From: Desulfobaccales bacterium
Lineage (GTDB): Bacteria > Desulfobacterota > Desulfobaccia > Desulfobaccales > 0-14-0-80-60-11
Direction of reading: 5' to 3'
DNA: 64,000 bases
Assembly: GCA_037481655.1 (NCBI GenBank)
Contig: JBBFLF010000001.1
Coordinates: forward strand, 48,365-112,364
How positions within the stretch are numbered: position 1 is the stretch's first letter; every line of letters starts with the position of its first letter. Shown here one piece after another: positions 51,040 to 60,501 of the stretch. The notes under the pieces are model-generated. The model worked only from the letters and a program-made list of their open reading frames with translations. It did not search any database and was not told the origin of the DNA. The position numbers and the translations under genes are program-made.

Positions 51040-51491
51040 TTCTTGCCGTCCACCCGCTCGAATTCATGGCTCTGCACCGTGTTGCCGTCCGGCGCAAAGT
51101 AGATGGTGAGCCGGCTCTTCACCATTTTGCCCTCCGTCTTGGTGGGCAGCTTCTTCATCTTGTGGTCCTCATCCAGATAGAAGGCGGCCCGGCTATCCTC
51201 CCCTCCCAGGGGCCGGCCGGTTTTGGGGTCTTTGGGCGGCGCATCGGTGTAGCCCACATATTTATACACCAGGCCCTCGGGACTGCGAATGATCTCCTTC
51301 GGCTCTCCGAACCACAGGATAATTTCATGCTTTTTGGTGACGCCGTTTTTGATTTTGGCCACTTTCCGCTGGTCCAGATTGTCGCCGCCGGCCTCCCGCC
51401 ACCCGGCGCTGAAAAAGAGCGCCAGGAGCAGGCAGGCCACGGCTATGAGCCGCCACCCGGCTTTCGGGATACGATTTTTCACGGCCATCAT
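51036..51491 (-). CDS. Membrane-anchored hypothetical protein
   Basis: 151 aa. N-terminal anchor WRLIAVACLLLALFF and a Lys-rich soluble domain. Its stop overlaps the folC ATG (ATGA). Confidence 0.45.
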   Translation of the reverse strand: MMAVKNRIPKAGWRLIAVACLLLALFFSAGWREAGGDNLDQRKVAKIKNGVTKKHEIILWFGEPKEIIRSPEGLVYKYVGYTDAPPKDPKTGRPLGGEDSRAAFYLDEDHKMKKLPTKTEGKMVKSRLTIYFAPDGNTVQSHEFERVDGKK

Positions 51492-51654
51492 CGGTTGAGA
51501 TTCCTCCCTTCTCTCCCCACATCTGCAGCCAAGGCTGATGGTGGCCCGATCCCCACAACTGGACCGAGGCGCCAGCCTTTAAAGGGAAGACCGCCAGGCG
51601 CTGCCTCGCCCTGACCTCCCTTCTCCCGACGTCTGTTTATCCCCGCCTCATAAC

Positions 51655-52326
51655 TTAACTGAGCAGCACCGCCAGGATGCCGCCCAGGAAGATGGCGTCA
51701 AAAGTGCCGGCCCCGCCGATGGAGGCCACCGGCGCGCCCAGATGGGCCACCTCCTTCAGGTGCAGCAGGTCCGCCCCCACCAGAATCCCCCAGGTGCTGG
51801 CAATGTAGGCGCACGGGGCCCGGAGCTCCGGGGGACAGAGGAGATAAGCCCCCAGGGCGGCCAACAGCGGCGGCACCAGGGCCGGGACGGCAATCCCCAG
51901 GCCCTTCACCGGCCGCGCCACATAATACATCACCGTGGTGACCAGCGCCAGATTGATGAACAGCCCCGGCACCCATTCCATGCGGGTAAGGAGGTAAAAG
52001 GAGAGACCCGCGGGAATCAGCGCCCCTCCCACATTCACCGCCAGGATGGTCTGGCGCTTCAGCCGCTGCCGGGGCAGACGCACCCGCATGCCGAAATAGC
52101 GGATCTCCTCCTGCACCACCACCTCCTCCCCCTCCAGGCGGGTGAGAGGGATGTTCACCAGGCTTCCCAGGAGGGTGAAGATGAGCAGCCAAAAGATCAT
52201 GTGCGGGGAGAGGCCCAGCTTGATGAAGGCGTTCCCGATCAGCCCCACCAGCAAAAAGGGGAAGAGCACCAGGGTGACCAGGAAAAAGATGGCCATGAAC
52301 AGAAACACCAGGGGTGGGAAGATCAT
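51655..52326 (-). CDS. DUF1614 family integral membrane protein
   Basis: Start at the internal ATG 52326 (ATGA overlap with the upstream stop). VNVGGALIP...GIAVPALVPPL...ASIGGAGTFD pattern recalled for DUF1614. Confidence 0.65.
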   Translation of the reverse strand: MIFPPLVFLFMAIFFLVTLVLFPFLLVGLIGNAFIKLGLSPHMIFWLLIFTLLGSLVNIPLTRLEGEEVVVQEEIRYFGMRVRLPRQRLKRQTILAVNVGGALIPAGLSFYLLTRMEWVPGLFINLALVTTVMYYVARPVKGLGIAVPALVPPLLAALGAYLLCPPELRAPCAYIASTWGILVGADLLHLKEVAHLGAPVASIGGAGTFDAIFLGGILAVLLS

Positions 52327-53282
52327 CGGGCGTGCTCCTTGGCCGGCTCCAGGCCATAGACCTTGATCTTGAAATTCAGCTCTTCCAGGGAGATCTCCAG
52401 GCGGCGGGCCACCTCCTCCCGATTGAAGGCAAAGCGTTCCAGGGTCTTGCGGATATACTCCCGCTCCATGTCCTGGGGGGAGGGCTCCGGCGGCAGTCCC
52501 CCTTCCTCGGCCGACCGCGGCTGCAGGTACTCCGGGAGCTCTTTGAGGGTGAGAACCTCCCCGTCGCACATGAGCACCGCCCGCTCCATGATGTTCTCCA
52601 GCTCCCGGATGTTCCCCGGCCAGGGGTAGGCGCGCATGGCCGCCAGCACCTCCGGCGCCAGGGACCGCACCGGCCGCTGGTATTTATCCCGGAAGCGGCG
52701 CAGGAAAAACTCCGTCAGCCAGGGCAAGTCCTCCAACCGTTCCCGAAGCGGCGGCAGGGTGATGGGAAAGACGTGGAGGCGGTAGAAAAGGTCCTCCCGG
52801 AAGGTGCCCTCCCGCACCATGGCCTCCAGGTTGCGGTTGGTGGCGGCAATGATGCGCACATCCACCTTCACGGTGCGGGTACTGCCCAGGGGTTCGAACT
52901 CCCGGCTCTGCAGGACCCTCAGGAGCTTGGCCTGGGTGGCGGAGGAAAGCTCCCCCACTTCGTCCATGAACAGGGTGCCCCGGTGGGCCAGGAGAAACCG
53001 CCCTTCCCGGCGCCCGGTGGCCCCGGTGAAGGCCCCCCGCTCATGTCCGAAAAGCTCGCTTTCCAAAAGGGTTTCCGGCAGGGCGGCGCAGTTCACCACC
53101 ACAAAGGGCCCCTGGCGCCTTAGGGAGTTGAGATGAATGGCCTGGGCCGCCAGTTCCTTGCCGGTGCCGGTCTCCCCCAGAAGGAGCACCGTGGCCTCCG
53201 AGGGGGCCACGATCTCCATGAGACGCAGGGCCTCCCGCATCCTGGGAGAATCGCCGATGACCCCGGGAAACTGGAAGCTCAC
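52323..53282 (-). CDS. Sigma-54-dependent transcriptional activator consisting only of AAA+ and Fis-type HTH domains
   Basis: GTG 53282 overlaps the upstream TGA (GTGA). GETGTGKE Walker A, ESELFGHERGAFTGA (GAFTGA), GNIRELEN, C-terminal HTH. The upstream in-frame extension is Gly/Pro/Arg noise. Confidence 0.85.
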   Translation of the reverse strand: MSFQFPGVIGDSPRMREALRLMEIVAPSEATVLLLGETGTGKELAAQAIHLNSLRRQGPFVVVNCAALPETLLESELFGHERGAFTGATGRREGRFLLAHRGTLFMDEVGELSSATQAKLLRVLQSREFEPLGSTRTVKVDVRIIAATNRNLEAMVREGTFREDLFYRLHVFPITLPPLRERLEDLPWLTEFFLRRFRDKYQRPVRSLAPEVLAAMRAYPWPGNIRELENIMERAVLMCDGEVLTLKELPEYLQPRSAEEGGLPPEPSPQDMEREYIRKTLERFAFNREEVARRLEISLEELNFKIKVYGLEPAKEHAR

Positions 53283-54025
53283 TCGCCTGGCCCTCCATGG
53301 CGCTCCACGGCATGCACCACCCCATGGCAGCGGCAGGCGGTGGCAAGGAGCAGGCGGGAGGGCAGGGGAAGGGGCACCTCCGCCAGGCGCCGGAAAGCCG
53401 CCACCGTGAACCCCCCCACCCCAGGCAGCAGCAGCCGGCTGGAGAGCACCCGGATCTGCCAGCCGGGGAGGCAAAAGCCCGCCAGCACCTCGTCCAGACC
53501 GGGCCGCCGGGGCAGACCGTCCACCGGGCAGACCTCGGGCTCCCCGCAATCTTCCGGGCACAGGTGCGCCGCCCGGCTGAGGTAGAGCTCGCCCGCCGCG
53601 CCCCGGAAGGCCACCGGGGCCACCGCCTCCAGCTCCGGGGGCACCGGCACCGTCTGCCACTCCGGCGGGGCCAGCACCGATAGGCGCAATATTTCAAAAG
53701 CTACCTGACCCGGAAGGCAGGGGAGGAGATAATCCCCGGGATGGAGGCGGGGCAAAGCCGCGGCCGCCCAGGCCGGTCCGTCGGCGGCCAGCAGGTGCGC
53801 CGCCGGGTCCTGCCGGCGGACCTCCTCCAAGGGGGCCAGGTGCTGATCCACCACGATGAGCTCCAGAAGCGGGAGAGCCTGGCGCAACAGCCGGGCCGCC
53901 CGCCGCCCGAATTTGCCGGCGCCCAGAATGATGACCCGGGTCAGGGCTAGATCCGGCTTCTCAGAAATTCCGAGCCGGTCAGAAGCGTATGGGGTGGTCG
54001 CTCCCACGATGCACTCCGTCATCAC
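53279..54025 (-). CDS. Rossmann-fold protein with C-terminal Cys cluster, function unknown
   Basis: 248 aa. VIILGAGKFGRRAARLL dinucleotide-binding motif. CPEDCGEPEVCP and CRCH Cys motifs. Confidence 0.55.
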   Translation of the reverse strand: MMTECIVGATTPYASDRLGISEKPDLALTRVIILGAGKFGRRAARLLRQALPLLELIVVDQHLAPLEEVRRQDPAAHLLAADGPAWAAAALPRLHPGDYLLPCLPGQVAFEILRLSVLAPPEWQTVPVPPELEAVAPVAFRGAAGELYLSRAAHLCPEDCGEPEVCPVDGLPRRPGLDEVLAGFCLPGWQIRVLSSRLLLPGVGGFTVAAFRRLAEVPLPLPSRLLLATACRCHGVVHAVERHGGPGE

Positions 54026-54067
54026 CTCCGCTGGCGTTGGGAGGTCACCGCTGTGACCCCCGCCGGG

Positions 54068-54901
54068 TCACCGGGGAAAAATACCGATGACCGTGGGCAG
54101 CCAGAATTCCCGCCGGTCCAGCAGGTTCCCCAGCCGGGCGGTCCAGGTGGCCGGGGAGAGGTATTCCTGTTCCTGGGTTTTGATGTACAACTGGGCCTCG
54201 GTGCCGCCGTCCAGGTTTAAGGCGCTGTCGATGTCAAAAGCGCTGGCCTTGAGGAAGAGGGCCAGCTCATGCAGGGTGAAAAAATCGTCCCGGGTGTTGA
54301 AGACCAGGATGTTGCCGTTGCGGTCCGCCGCAATGACGGTGCGGTGCGCCTTTTTGCCGGATTCCCGGACCCGGATGCGGCCGCGGTAATCCAAAAGCAG
54401 CGGAAAGGATTGCACCCCCTGGGTCCAGGGGAGGTTCTTCACATCCACCCGGCTGTTCACCAAATCCAGGATGGTGGCCCGGGGCAGGTCCGGGGACATG
54501 CCTTTGGGTTCGGCCACAAACATCCCCCGCATCTGCGGGTTGCGCCAGGGACCCAACGGCCGGCCGTCGGTGAGGATGAGGCCCACCGGCTGGCCCTGGG
54601 GTGAGTAGTAGGCGGCATTGAAAAGCACCGGGGCCTGCGTCTCTTCCTGCCACTGGACGATGGTCTTGGGAACGTCATGGAAGACCTGGAAGCGGTTGTG
54701 GGCCGGATCCGCCTTGACCACCGCCAGTCCGGCCACCACCTCCTCCCCCTTGAGGACGCTGACCTCGGCAAACATCAGGCCGCGGCTTAACTCCTGCCAC
54801 TTGGGAGGAGTATGGCTGAGCCGGGGATTTTCTGCTCCGGCCGGCAGGGGCTGAAGCAGCATCAGGCAGATGAGGATGGCAAAGGAGATTGTGCGGGACA
54901 C
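54068..54901 (-). CDS. Phosphodiester glycosidase (DUF2233/NAGPA) family exported protein
   Basis: Signal peptide. NAAYY...GLIL.DG...AHRTVIAADRNGNILVF...ALNLDGG pattern. Confidence 0.65.
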   Translation of the reverse strand: MSRTISFAILICLMLLQPLPAGAENPRLSHTPPKWQELSRGLMFAEVSVLKGEEVVAGLAVVKADPAHNRFQVFHDVPKTIVQWQEETQAPVLFNAAYYSPQGQPVGLILTDGRPLGPWRNPQMRGMFVAEPKGMSPDLPRATILDLVNSRVDVKNLPWTQGVQSFPLLLDYRGRIRVRESGKKAHRTVIAADRNGNILVFNTRDDFFTLHELALFLKASAFDIDSALNLDGGTEAQLYIKTQEQEYLSPATWTARLGNLLDRREFWLPTVIGIFPR

Positions 54902-55092
54902 CGCCGCTCCTTGCAGGCCGGCGAAATTTCAGCTATTTTACCATTATCGGGCCAAGGCGTCCAGAGGCATGCACAGTCAGGGGCCCGAGGCCGGCACGTC
55001 AATGCAGGGGCTCCCCCCTGGGAACCCTGTTCTTGGCCCGGCACCCCTTGCTCCCAATCCCGGCAGAGGTCCACCCGGCGCAGGAAAAGCTC

Positions 55093-55908
55093 ATGATTCT
55101 CGCTGATTCTCATGCCCACCTGGATGAGCCGGAAATGCTCCCCGACCAGGACCAGGTGGTGGCCCGGGCCCGCAAGGCCGGAGTGGCCCTCATCATCAAC
55201 GTGGGTATCAATGGCCCCAACAGCGAGGCGGTGCTGGCCACCGCCGCCCGCTACCCCGACGTCTACACCACTGTAGGCCTGCACCCCCATGGCGCCGCCG
55301 GTCTCACCCCCCGGGAGCTGATGCGCCTCAGGGACTTGGCGGTCCACCCCAAGGTGGTGGCCCTGGGGGAGATGGGCCTGGATTTTTACCGCCGCCGCTC
55401 CCCGGAGGAGGTGCAGCGCCGGGCCTTCCGGGAGCAATTGGAGCTGGCCTGGGAGCTCAAAAAACCCGTGGTGGTGCATACCCGGGAAGCCACTGCCGAC
55501 ACCCTGGCTATCCTCACCGAATACCGCAGCCGGCTGGTGGGCGGGGTGATGCACTGCTTCGGCGGCAGCTTCACCGAGGCCCGGGCTTTTCTGGATCTGG
55601 GGCTGTACCTCTCGTTTTCCGGGGTCCTCACCTACCCCAAGGCGGAGCCCCTGCGACAGGTGGCCCGGCAGGTGCCCCTGGAGAGGGTGCTCATCGAGAC
55701 CGACTGCCCCTATCTCGCCCCCCAGGCCTGGCGGGGGAAGCGCAACGAACCGGCCTACGTGGTGGCGGTGGCCGAGGCCCTGGCAAGGCTGCATGGGATT
55801 TCTGTGGCCGAGGTGGCCCGGCTGACCTTTGAAAACACCCTGGCCGCCTTCGGGCTGAGCGCAATGATCGCCGCCCCGGACGCGAAACGCCGGGCCAGGC
55901 AGCCATGA
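55093..55908 (+). CDS. tatD: TatD-family metal-dependent hydrolase
   Basis: Start at the internal ATG 55093. DSHAHLD, GLHPH, GEMGLDFY, VVHTREA, IETDCPYLAP motifs. Confidence 0.9.
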   Translation: MILADSHAHLDEPEMLPDQDQVVARARKAGVALIINVGINGPNSEAVLATAARYPDVYTTVGLHPHGAAGLTPRELMRLRDLAVHPKVVALGEMGLDFYRRRSPEEVQRRAFREQLELAWELKKPVVVHTREATADTLAILTEYRSRLVGGVMHCFGGSFTEARAFLDLGLYLSFSGVLTYPKAEPLRQVARQVPLERVLIETDCPYLAPQAWRGKRNEPAYVVAVAEALARLHGISVAEVARLTFENTLAAFGLSAMIAAPDAKRRARQP

Positions 55909-56600
55909 GCGACTTCGCCCGGCGCCTGGCGGAGATCAAGGACCGCATCGCCGCCGCCGCCCGCAGGGCCGGCCGGGACCCGGCCCAGGTGCGCCTGGTG
56001 GCGGTGAGCAAGACCGTGGGCCTGGAGGCGCTGCGGGAGGCGGTGGCCGCGGGGCAGCGGCTCTTCGGGGAAAATTACCTTCAGGAGGCTTTGGGGAAAA
56101 TCACCGCTCTGGGCCCGGAGGTGGAGTGGCACTTCATCGGCCACCTGCAGAGCAACAAAGCCAAAGCGGCGGTGGGCCGCTTCGCCCTCATCCACTCCCT
56201 GGACCGCCTCAGCCTGGCGGAGGCCCTGGAGAAGGCGGCCGCCCGCCTGGGGACGGTGCAGGAGGTCCTGGTGCAGGTGAATCTGGCGGGCGAAGCCAGC
56301 AAATCCGGGGTGGCCCCGGAGGCCGCGGCCGAGCTCCTGCGGGCGCTGAAGCGCTTTCCCCACCTGCGGGTGATGGGTCTCATGACCCTGCCGCCCTTTT
56401 TCCCTGACCCGGAGGCGGTGCGGCCGTATTTTCGGGCGTTAAGGGAGCTTAGGGACCGGCTGAAGGCCCAGGGCCTCGCGGACACCGGGCTTCCGGAGCT
56501 CTCCATGGGCATGAGCGGGGATTTCGAGGTGGCGGTGGAGGAAGGGGCCACCCTCATCCGGGTGGGCACGGCCCTCTTCGGCCCCCGCCCAACCGCCTGA
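55905..56600 (+). CDS. yggS: YggS-family pyridoxal-phosphate homeostasis protein
   Basis: LVAVSKT (PLP Lys), FGENYLQE, WHFIGHLQSNK, ELSMGMSGDF. ATGA overlap with tatD. Confidence 0.9.
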   Translation: MSDFARRLAEIKDRIAAAARRAGRDPAQVRLVAVSKTVGLEALREAVAAGQRLFGENYLQEALGKITALGPEVEWHFIGHLQSNKAKAAVGRFALIHSLDRLSLAEALEKAAARLGTVQEVLVQVNLAGEASKSGVAPEAAAELLRALKRFPHLRVMGLMTLPPFFPDPEAVRPYFRALRELRDRLKAQGLADTGLPELSMGMSGDFEVAVEEGATLIRVGTALFGPRPTA

Positions 56601-56908
56601 GCAGGTCAGGAGAGGGACTTTCTTACCCTTCAGGATCTCCCCCTCCGGCTTTCGGGCAAGTCAGGGTCTGTGCCCAGAATCGTGCTTTCCCCAGGAGGTA
56701 CCCCGAAAAGGGTTTGAGGCCGTGTGAGGCCTGGGATTCCGGTCTATTCCGCAGTTTTTCCTCCCCACTTTTGTTAGATTTTGGTAAATCGAGGCAAGGG
56801 CCTGGATTTCCCCCAAAATATGGAAGTGGGGCAGGGAGACAGGGCCCTGATCACTCCACCCCTCTTTCATGAGATCCTGGCCACGTTCTGAGTGGAGGGT
56901 CATCCCCC

Positions 56909-57613
56909 ATGGACTGGCAGAATATCGGCGTCTTTGTGGCGAGGCTGGCCCTGGCGGCGACGGTGGGCGGCCTCATCGGCTTCGAGCGGGAATCCCACGG
57001 CCAGGCGGCTGGCTTGCGCACTTACATCCTCGTATGTCTCGGGGCCTGTCTGATGATGCTTCTGTCCCTCAACATGGCGGACCTGCACGCCGCCCTGCCG
57101 GGCACCACCTCCGTAGTGCGGGTGGACCCCAGCCGCATCGCCTCCTATGCCATCGCCTCCATGGGCTTTCTGGGGGCCGGGGCCATCATTACTGGCAAGG
57201 GCTCGGTCCGGGGCCTCACCACCGCCGCGGGCTTGTGGCTAGTCACCGGCATTGGGCTGGCCATCGGGGCCGGTTTTCTTCTGCCGGCTTTATTTACCGC
57301 CCTGGTGAGCCTGACCTGCCTCTATATCCTCCGGCGGCTCAAGGACAAGTTCCGCCACGACACCTTCACCACCCTGACCCTGAAGTTCTCCGGCCGCATG
57401 GAAAAGCACCTGGAAGCGGTGCGCCGGGTCCTGGCCCCTCACGGGGTAAGCATCGCCTTCGTCAACTACCAGCGGGTCATCCCGGAAAACCTGGTGGTCT
57501 ACCGCCTGCGCCTGGAGTGCAAGGAAAATGCCCCCTGGGGCCGGCTGGTGCGGGAGCTCTCGGAAATCCCGGCCTTAAGGGAGATGAGCTGGCAGGAAGG
57601 GGAGGTGCCTTAA
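56909..57613 (+). CDS. mgtC: MgtC/SapB family membrane protein
   Basis: GGLIGFERE.HGQAAGLRTY N-terminal motif, 4-5 TM helices, C-terminal ACT-like domain. Confidence 0.85.
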   Translation: MDWQNIGVFVARLALAATVGGLIGFERESHGQAAGLRTYILVCLGACLMMLLSLNMADLHAALPGTTSVVRVDPSRIASYAIASMGFLGAGAIITGKGSVRGLTTAAGLWLVTGIGLAIGAGFLLPALFTALVSLTCLYILRRLKDKFRHDTFTTLTLKFSGRMEKHLEAVRRVLAPHGVSIAFVNYQRVIPENLVVYRLRLECKENAPWGRLVRELSEIPALREMSWQEGEVP

Positions 57614-57615
57614 GG

Positions 57616-58626
57616 GTGCCTGGTTCGCTCTCCCGTCTCCTGTCCCCGGGAAGCAAGGTGGGGCTTACCACCACCATCCCGGTGGAGGTGGTGCTGGCGG
57701 CAGGATTGGTGCCGGTGGACCTGAACAATCTCTTCATCGCCTCGCCCCAGGCCTTGCAGTGGGTGAGCGACGCCGAGGCCGAGGGCCTGCCCCGCACCAT
57801 CTGCGCCTGGATCAAGGGAATTTACGCCGCCTTGGCCCAGCACCCGGAGATTCGCGCCGTCATCGCCGCCTGCCAGGGGGATTGCTCCTACACCCAGGCC
57901 CTGGGGGAGATTCTGGCTTCCCGGGGCGTCACGGTGGTGCACTTCAACTATCCCTATCCCCGGGATAAGGCCCGGCTGGCTCAGGAGATGGCAGAGTTTA
58001 TGGCCCAGCTGGGGGCGGAACCGGCGGCGGTGGCGGCCCTGCAGGCAAAACTGGCGCCCATCCGGCAGGCGCTGGCAGAGCTGGACCGCCTCACCTGGGA
58101 GACCGGCCAGGTGAGCGGCCGGGAAAATTTCCTCTGGCTCATCTCCAGCTCCGATTTCGAGGGCGACCCGGACAGCTTTGCCCTTCGCCTGAATAATTTT
58201 CTTCAGGAGGCGGTGACCCGGCCGCCGGTTAAGGACGGTCTCCGTCTGGGGCTCATCGGCATCCCGCCCATCTTCACCGACCTGTGGGACCATCTGGAGG
58301 AGTTGGGGGCGCAGGTGGTGTTCAACGAAATCCCCCGCCAGTTCAGCCTGCCGCATCATGACGGCGACCTGACGGAGCAATATTATCATTACACTTATCC
58401 CTACGACATCACCCTGCGGCTCCGGGACATCGCTCAGGCCGTGGCCCAACGCCGGCTGGACGGACTCATCCATTATACTCAGAGCTTCTGTTTCCGGCAG
58501 ATGTATGACCGGCTGCTGCGGGAGCACTTGCAACTACCCCTCCTCACCCTGGAGGGGGACCGCCCCGGCCCCTTGGATTCCCGCAGCCGCATGCGTCTGG
58601 AGGCCTTTGTGGATGTCCTCCGTTAG
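57616..58626 (+). CDS. 2-hydroxyacyl-CoA dehydratase family protein (single HgdB/BcrC-like subunit)
   Basis: GTG 57616, 2 nt after the mgtC stop. About 336 aa. TTTIPVEVVLAAG...CAWIKG...SFCFRQ...LTLEGD pattern of the HGD-D family. Confidence 0.7.
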   Translation: MPGSLSRLLSPGSKVGLTTTIPVEVVLAAGLVPVDLNNLFIASPQALQWVSDAEAEGLPRTICAWIKGIYAALAQHPEIRAVIAACQGDCSYTQALGEILASRGVTVVHFNYPYPRDKARLAQEMAEFMAQLGAEPAAVAALQAKLAPIRQALAELDRLTWETGQVSGRENFLWLISSSDFEGDPDSFALRLNNFLQEAVTRPPVKDGLRLGLIGIPPIFTDLWDHLEELGAQVVFNEIPRQFSLPHHDGDLTEQYYHYTYPYDITLRLRDIAQAVAQRRLDGLIHYTQSFCFRQMYDRLLREHLQLPLLTLEGDRPGPLDSRSRMRLEAFVDVLR

Positions 58627-58705
58627 ATCCAAAGCCTCTCACCCCAGCCCGGCAGTACCTCCGGATCAATCCCTGTTTGGAGATGACCTGGGCGCCCAGG
58701 GAAGC

Positions 58706-59518
58706 ATGGCGCCAAGGGTTCAGCGCGATCCTGACCCTTGCCTCCCGGCCGCCCTGGGGGTGGACTTTGGCAGCCGCTATGTGAAGCTGGTCTATGGGGC
58801 CGGCGAGCGGCCGCTGCGCCGGGCGGTGGACAGCCTGGAGTTCTTCCGCCGGGGGCTGGTGCGGGAAGAAGGGGGCATCCGCCTGAACTGGGACTGGCTT
58901 AAGCTGCCTGAGACCCCCGCGGTGGTGGTCACCGGCTACGGCAAGCACCTGCTGAAAGCGCATTTTGCCACCATCACCGAGGTCCGGGCCAGCTTCCTGG
59001 GCGCCAAGGCAAGCTCCGGCCTGGAGGATTTCATCCTCCTGGAGATGGGCGGCCAGGACACCAAGGTGCTGTTGGTGCAGGGGGGGCAGGTGATGGATTT
59101 TCTCACCAATGACCGCTGTGCCGCGGGCACCGGCCGCTACCTGGAGAATATGGCCCGCTTCCTCAAGATGCCGCTGAGGGAGTTCTCCCGGGCCTGGGAG
59201 GAACCGGTGGAGATCTCCCAAACCTGTGCCATTTTCGGCGAAAGCGAGCTCATCGGCCACCTGCTGACGGGAGTGCCGCCGGTCCGGCTGGCCGCGGGGG
59301 TCAATGCCTCGGTGGCCCGGCGGGCTCTGGCCCTGGTGCGGCGCTATCCTCCGCTCCCTTTGGTTTTGGCGGGCGGGGTGGCCAAGAACCGGGCCCTGGT
59401 CACCCTGCTTAAGGCGGCGGGCCGACGGGTGTTGGTGCCGCCCTTCCCCCAGTTTCTCGGGGCCTGGGGCTGTTATCTGGAAGCCCGGCAGCGACTGGCC
59501 CAGGAGGCGGTCTCATGA
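58706..59518 (+). CDS. BcrAD/BadFG/HgdC-type ATPase (dehydratase activase)
   Basis: LGVDFGSRYVKLV, EMGGQDTK, NDRCAAGTGRYLE and SQTCAIFGESE (the two cluster-bridging Cys positions), LAGGVAKN. Start could be 58613. Confidence 0.8.
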   Translation: MAPRVQRDPDPCLPAALGVDFGSRYVKLVYGAGERPLRRAVDSLEFFRRGLVREEGGIRLNWDWLKLPETPAVVVTGYGKHLLKAHFATITEVRASFLGAKASSGLEDFILLEMGGQDTKVLLVQGGQVMDFLTNDRCAAGTGRYLENMARFLKMPLREFSRAWEEPVEISQTCAIFGESELIGHLLTGVPPVRLAAGVNASVARRALALVRRYPPLPLVLAGGVAKNRALVTLLKAAGRRVLVPPFPQFLGAWGCYLEARQRLAQEAVS

Positions 59519-60492
59519 CCCTGCTCCCTCCGGACCACCCCCTGACCCGGCATTGCCGCCGGGTGCTGGGTGCAGGCGGAATCTCCCTGCCCCGGGAACT
59601 GCTGGTGGCGCGGCTGCCGGGTTCCCGGCCGGTCTTCCGCTTCAGTGCCATTGACGGCACCCCCCTGTTGGTGGGCAAATTCTTTGCCACAGTACCGCCG
59701 GACACGGCCCAGGACCGGGCCCTGGCGGCGGAATGGCAGCACTACCGGGAGGCCCCCCGCAGTGGATGCCCGGGAGGCCGGCTCCCCCGGGCCTGGGAAC
59801 CGGCGCCGGAGCTGAAGCTGGGCCTGCTCCTGGAATATGTCCCCGGCCCGACCTTGGACGACTTTCTGGCCCGCAGCCGGGACTCAGTGGCGGCGTCCGC
59901 CGCCCTCCACGAGCGATTGGAGAGGCTGGCCCGGCTGTTGTCCTGGTTTCACACCTGGCCGGTGCCGCCGGCGCCGACAAGCCCCCTCCCGGCCTTTCTG
60001 TATCTGGAAAAACTGCGCGGCCAGCTCCTGGAACACGGCCTCCTGGACCTGGCCGGAAGCCGCTTTCTGGAGGAGGCCCCCACTGCCTGGGAGAAGCAAT
60101 TTGCCGCCTGGCCGGACCGGCAGGTACTCCTCCATGGCGATGCCACCCCCACCAATTTCCTCTTCCCCGACGGGCGTGCCGTGGCCGTGGACCTGGAGCG
60201 CCTGCGCCTGGGGGACCGCCTCTTCGATTTGGGCTGGGTGGCAGGTGAGCTCCGGCACGCCTTCGCCTGGCGCTTCCGGGATCCCGCCGCCGCCGGGCCC
60301 TTCATCACCGCCTTTGTCCGCGCCTACCGGGAAGCGGTGGCGGGTGATGCCGCTTTCATGGAACGCCTGGAGTGCCTGACTCCGTTCTACATGGCCCTGG
60401 CCCTCTGGCGCATCGCCCGCAATACGTACCTTGCCTGGGAATACCGCCGCTTTCTGGTGGAAGAAGGCCTTTCACTCCTGGCCTCCCGTTAG
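59515..60492 (+). CDS. APH/choline-kinase-like phosphotransferase family protein
   Basis: ATGA overlap with the activase. Brenner/catalytic motif LLHGDATPTNFLF and VAVDLERLRLGDRLFDLG. Confidence 0.7.
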   Translation: MTLLPPDHPLTRHCRRVLGAGGISLPRELLVARLPGSRPVFRFSAIDGTPLLVGKFFATVPPDTAQDRALAAEWQHYREAPRSGCPGGRLPRAWEPAPELKLGLLLEYVPGPTLDDFLARSRDSVAASAALHERLERLARLLSWFHTWPVPPAPTSPLPAFLYLEKLRGQLLEHGLLDLAGSRFLEEAPTAWEKQFAAWPDRQVLLHGDATPTNFLFPDGRAVAVDLERLRLGDRLFDLGWVAGELRHAFAWRFRDPAAAGPFITAFVRAYREAVAGDAAFMERLECLTPFYMALALWRIARNTYLAWEYRRFLVEEGLSLLASR

Positions 60493-60501
60493 GAGTCAGC
60501 C

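Noticed and set aside
55040-55051. GGCAC-CCC-TTGC upstream of tatD looks like a sigma-54 -24/-12 promoter.
   Set aside because: The spacing between GG and GC is two nt too short (3 rather than 5 nt between GGCAC and TTGC). No better TGGCAC-N5-TTGC match was seen by eye in other intergenic regions.
56601-56908. A possible M-box (Mg2+ riboswitch) ahead of the mgtC-like gene.
   Set aside because: Only a GTTAG pentamer matches. The conserved GTTAGGTGAGGCTCC and downstream M-box blocks are absent.
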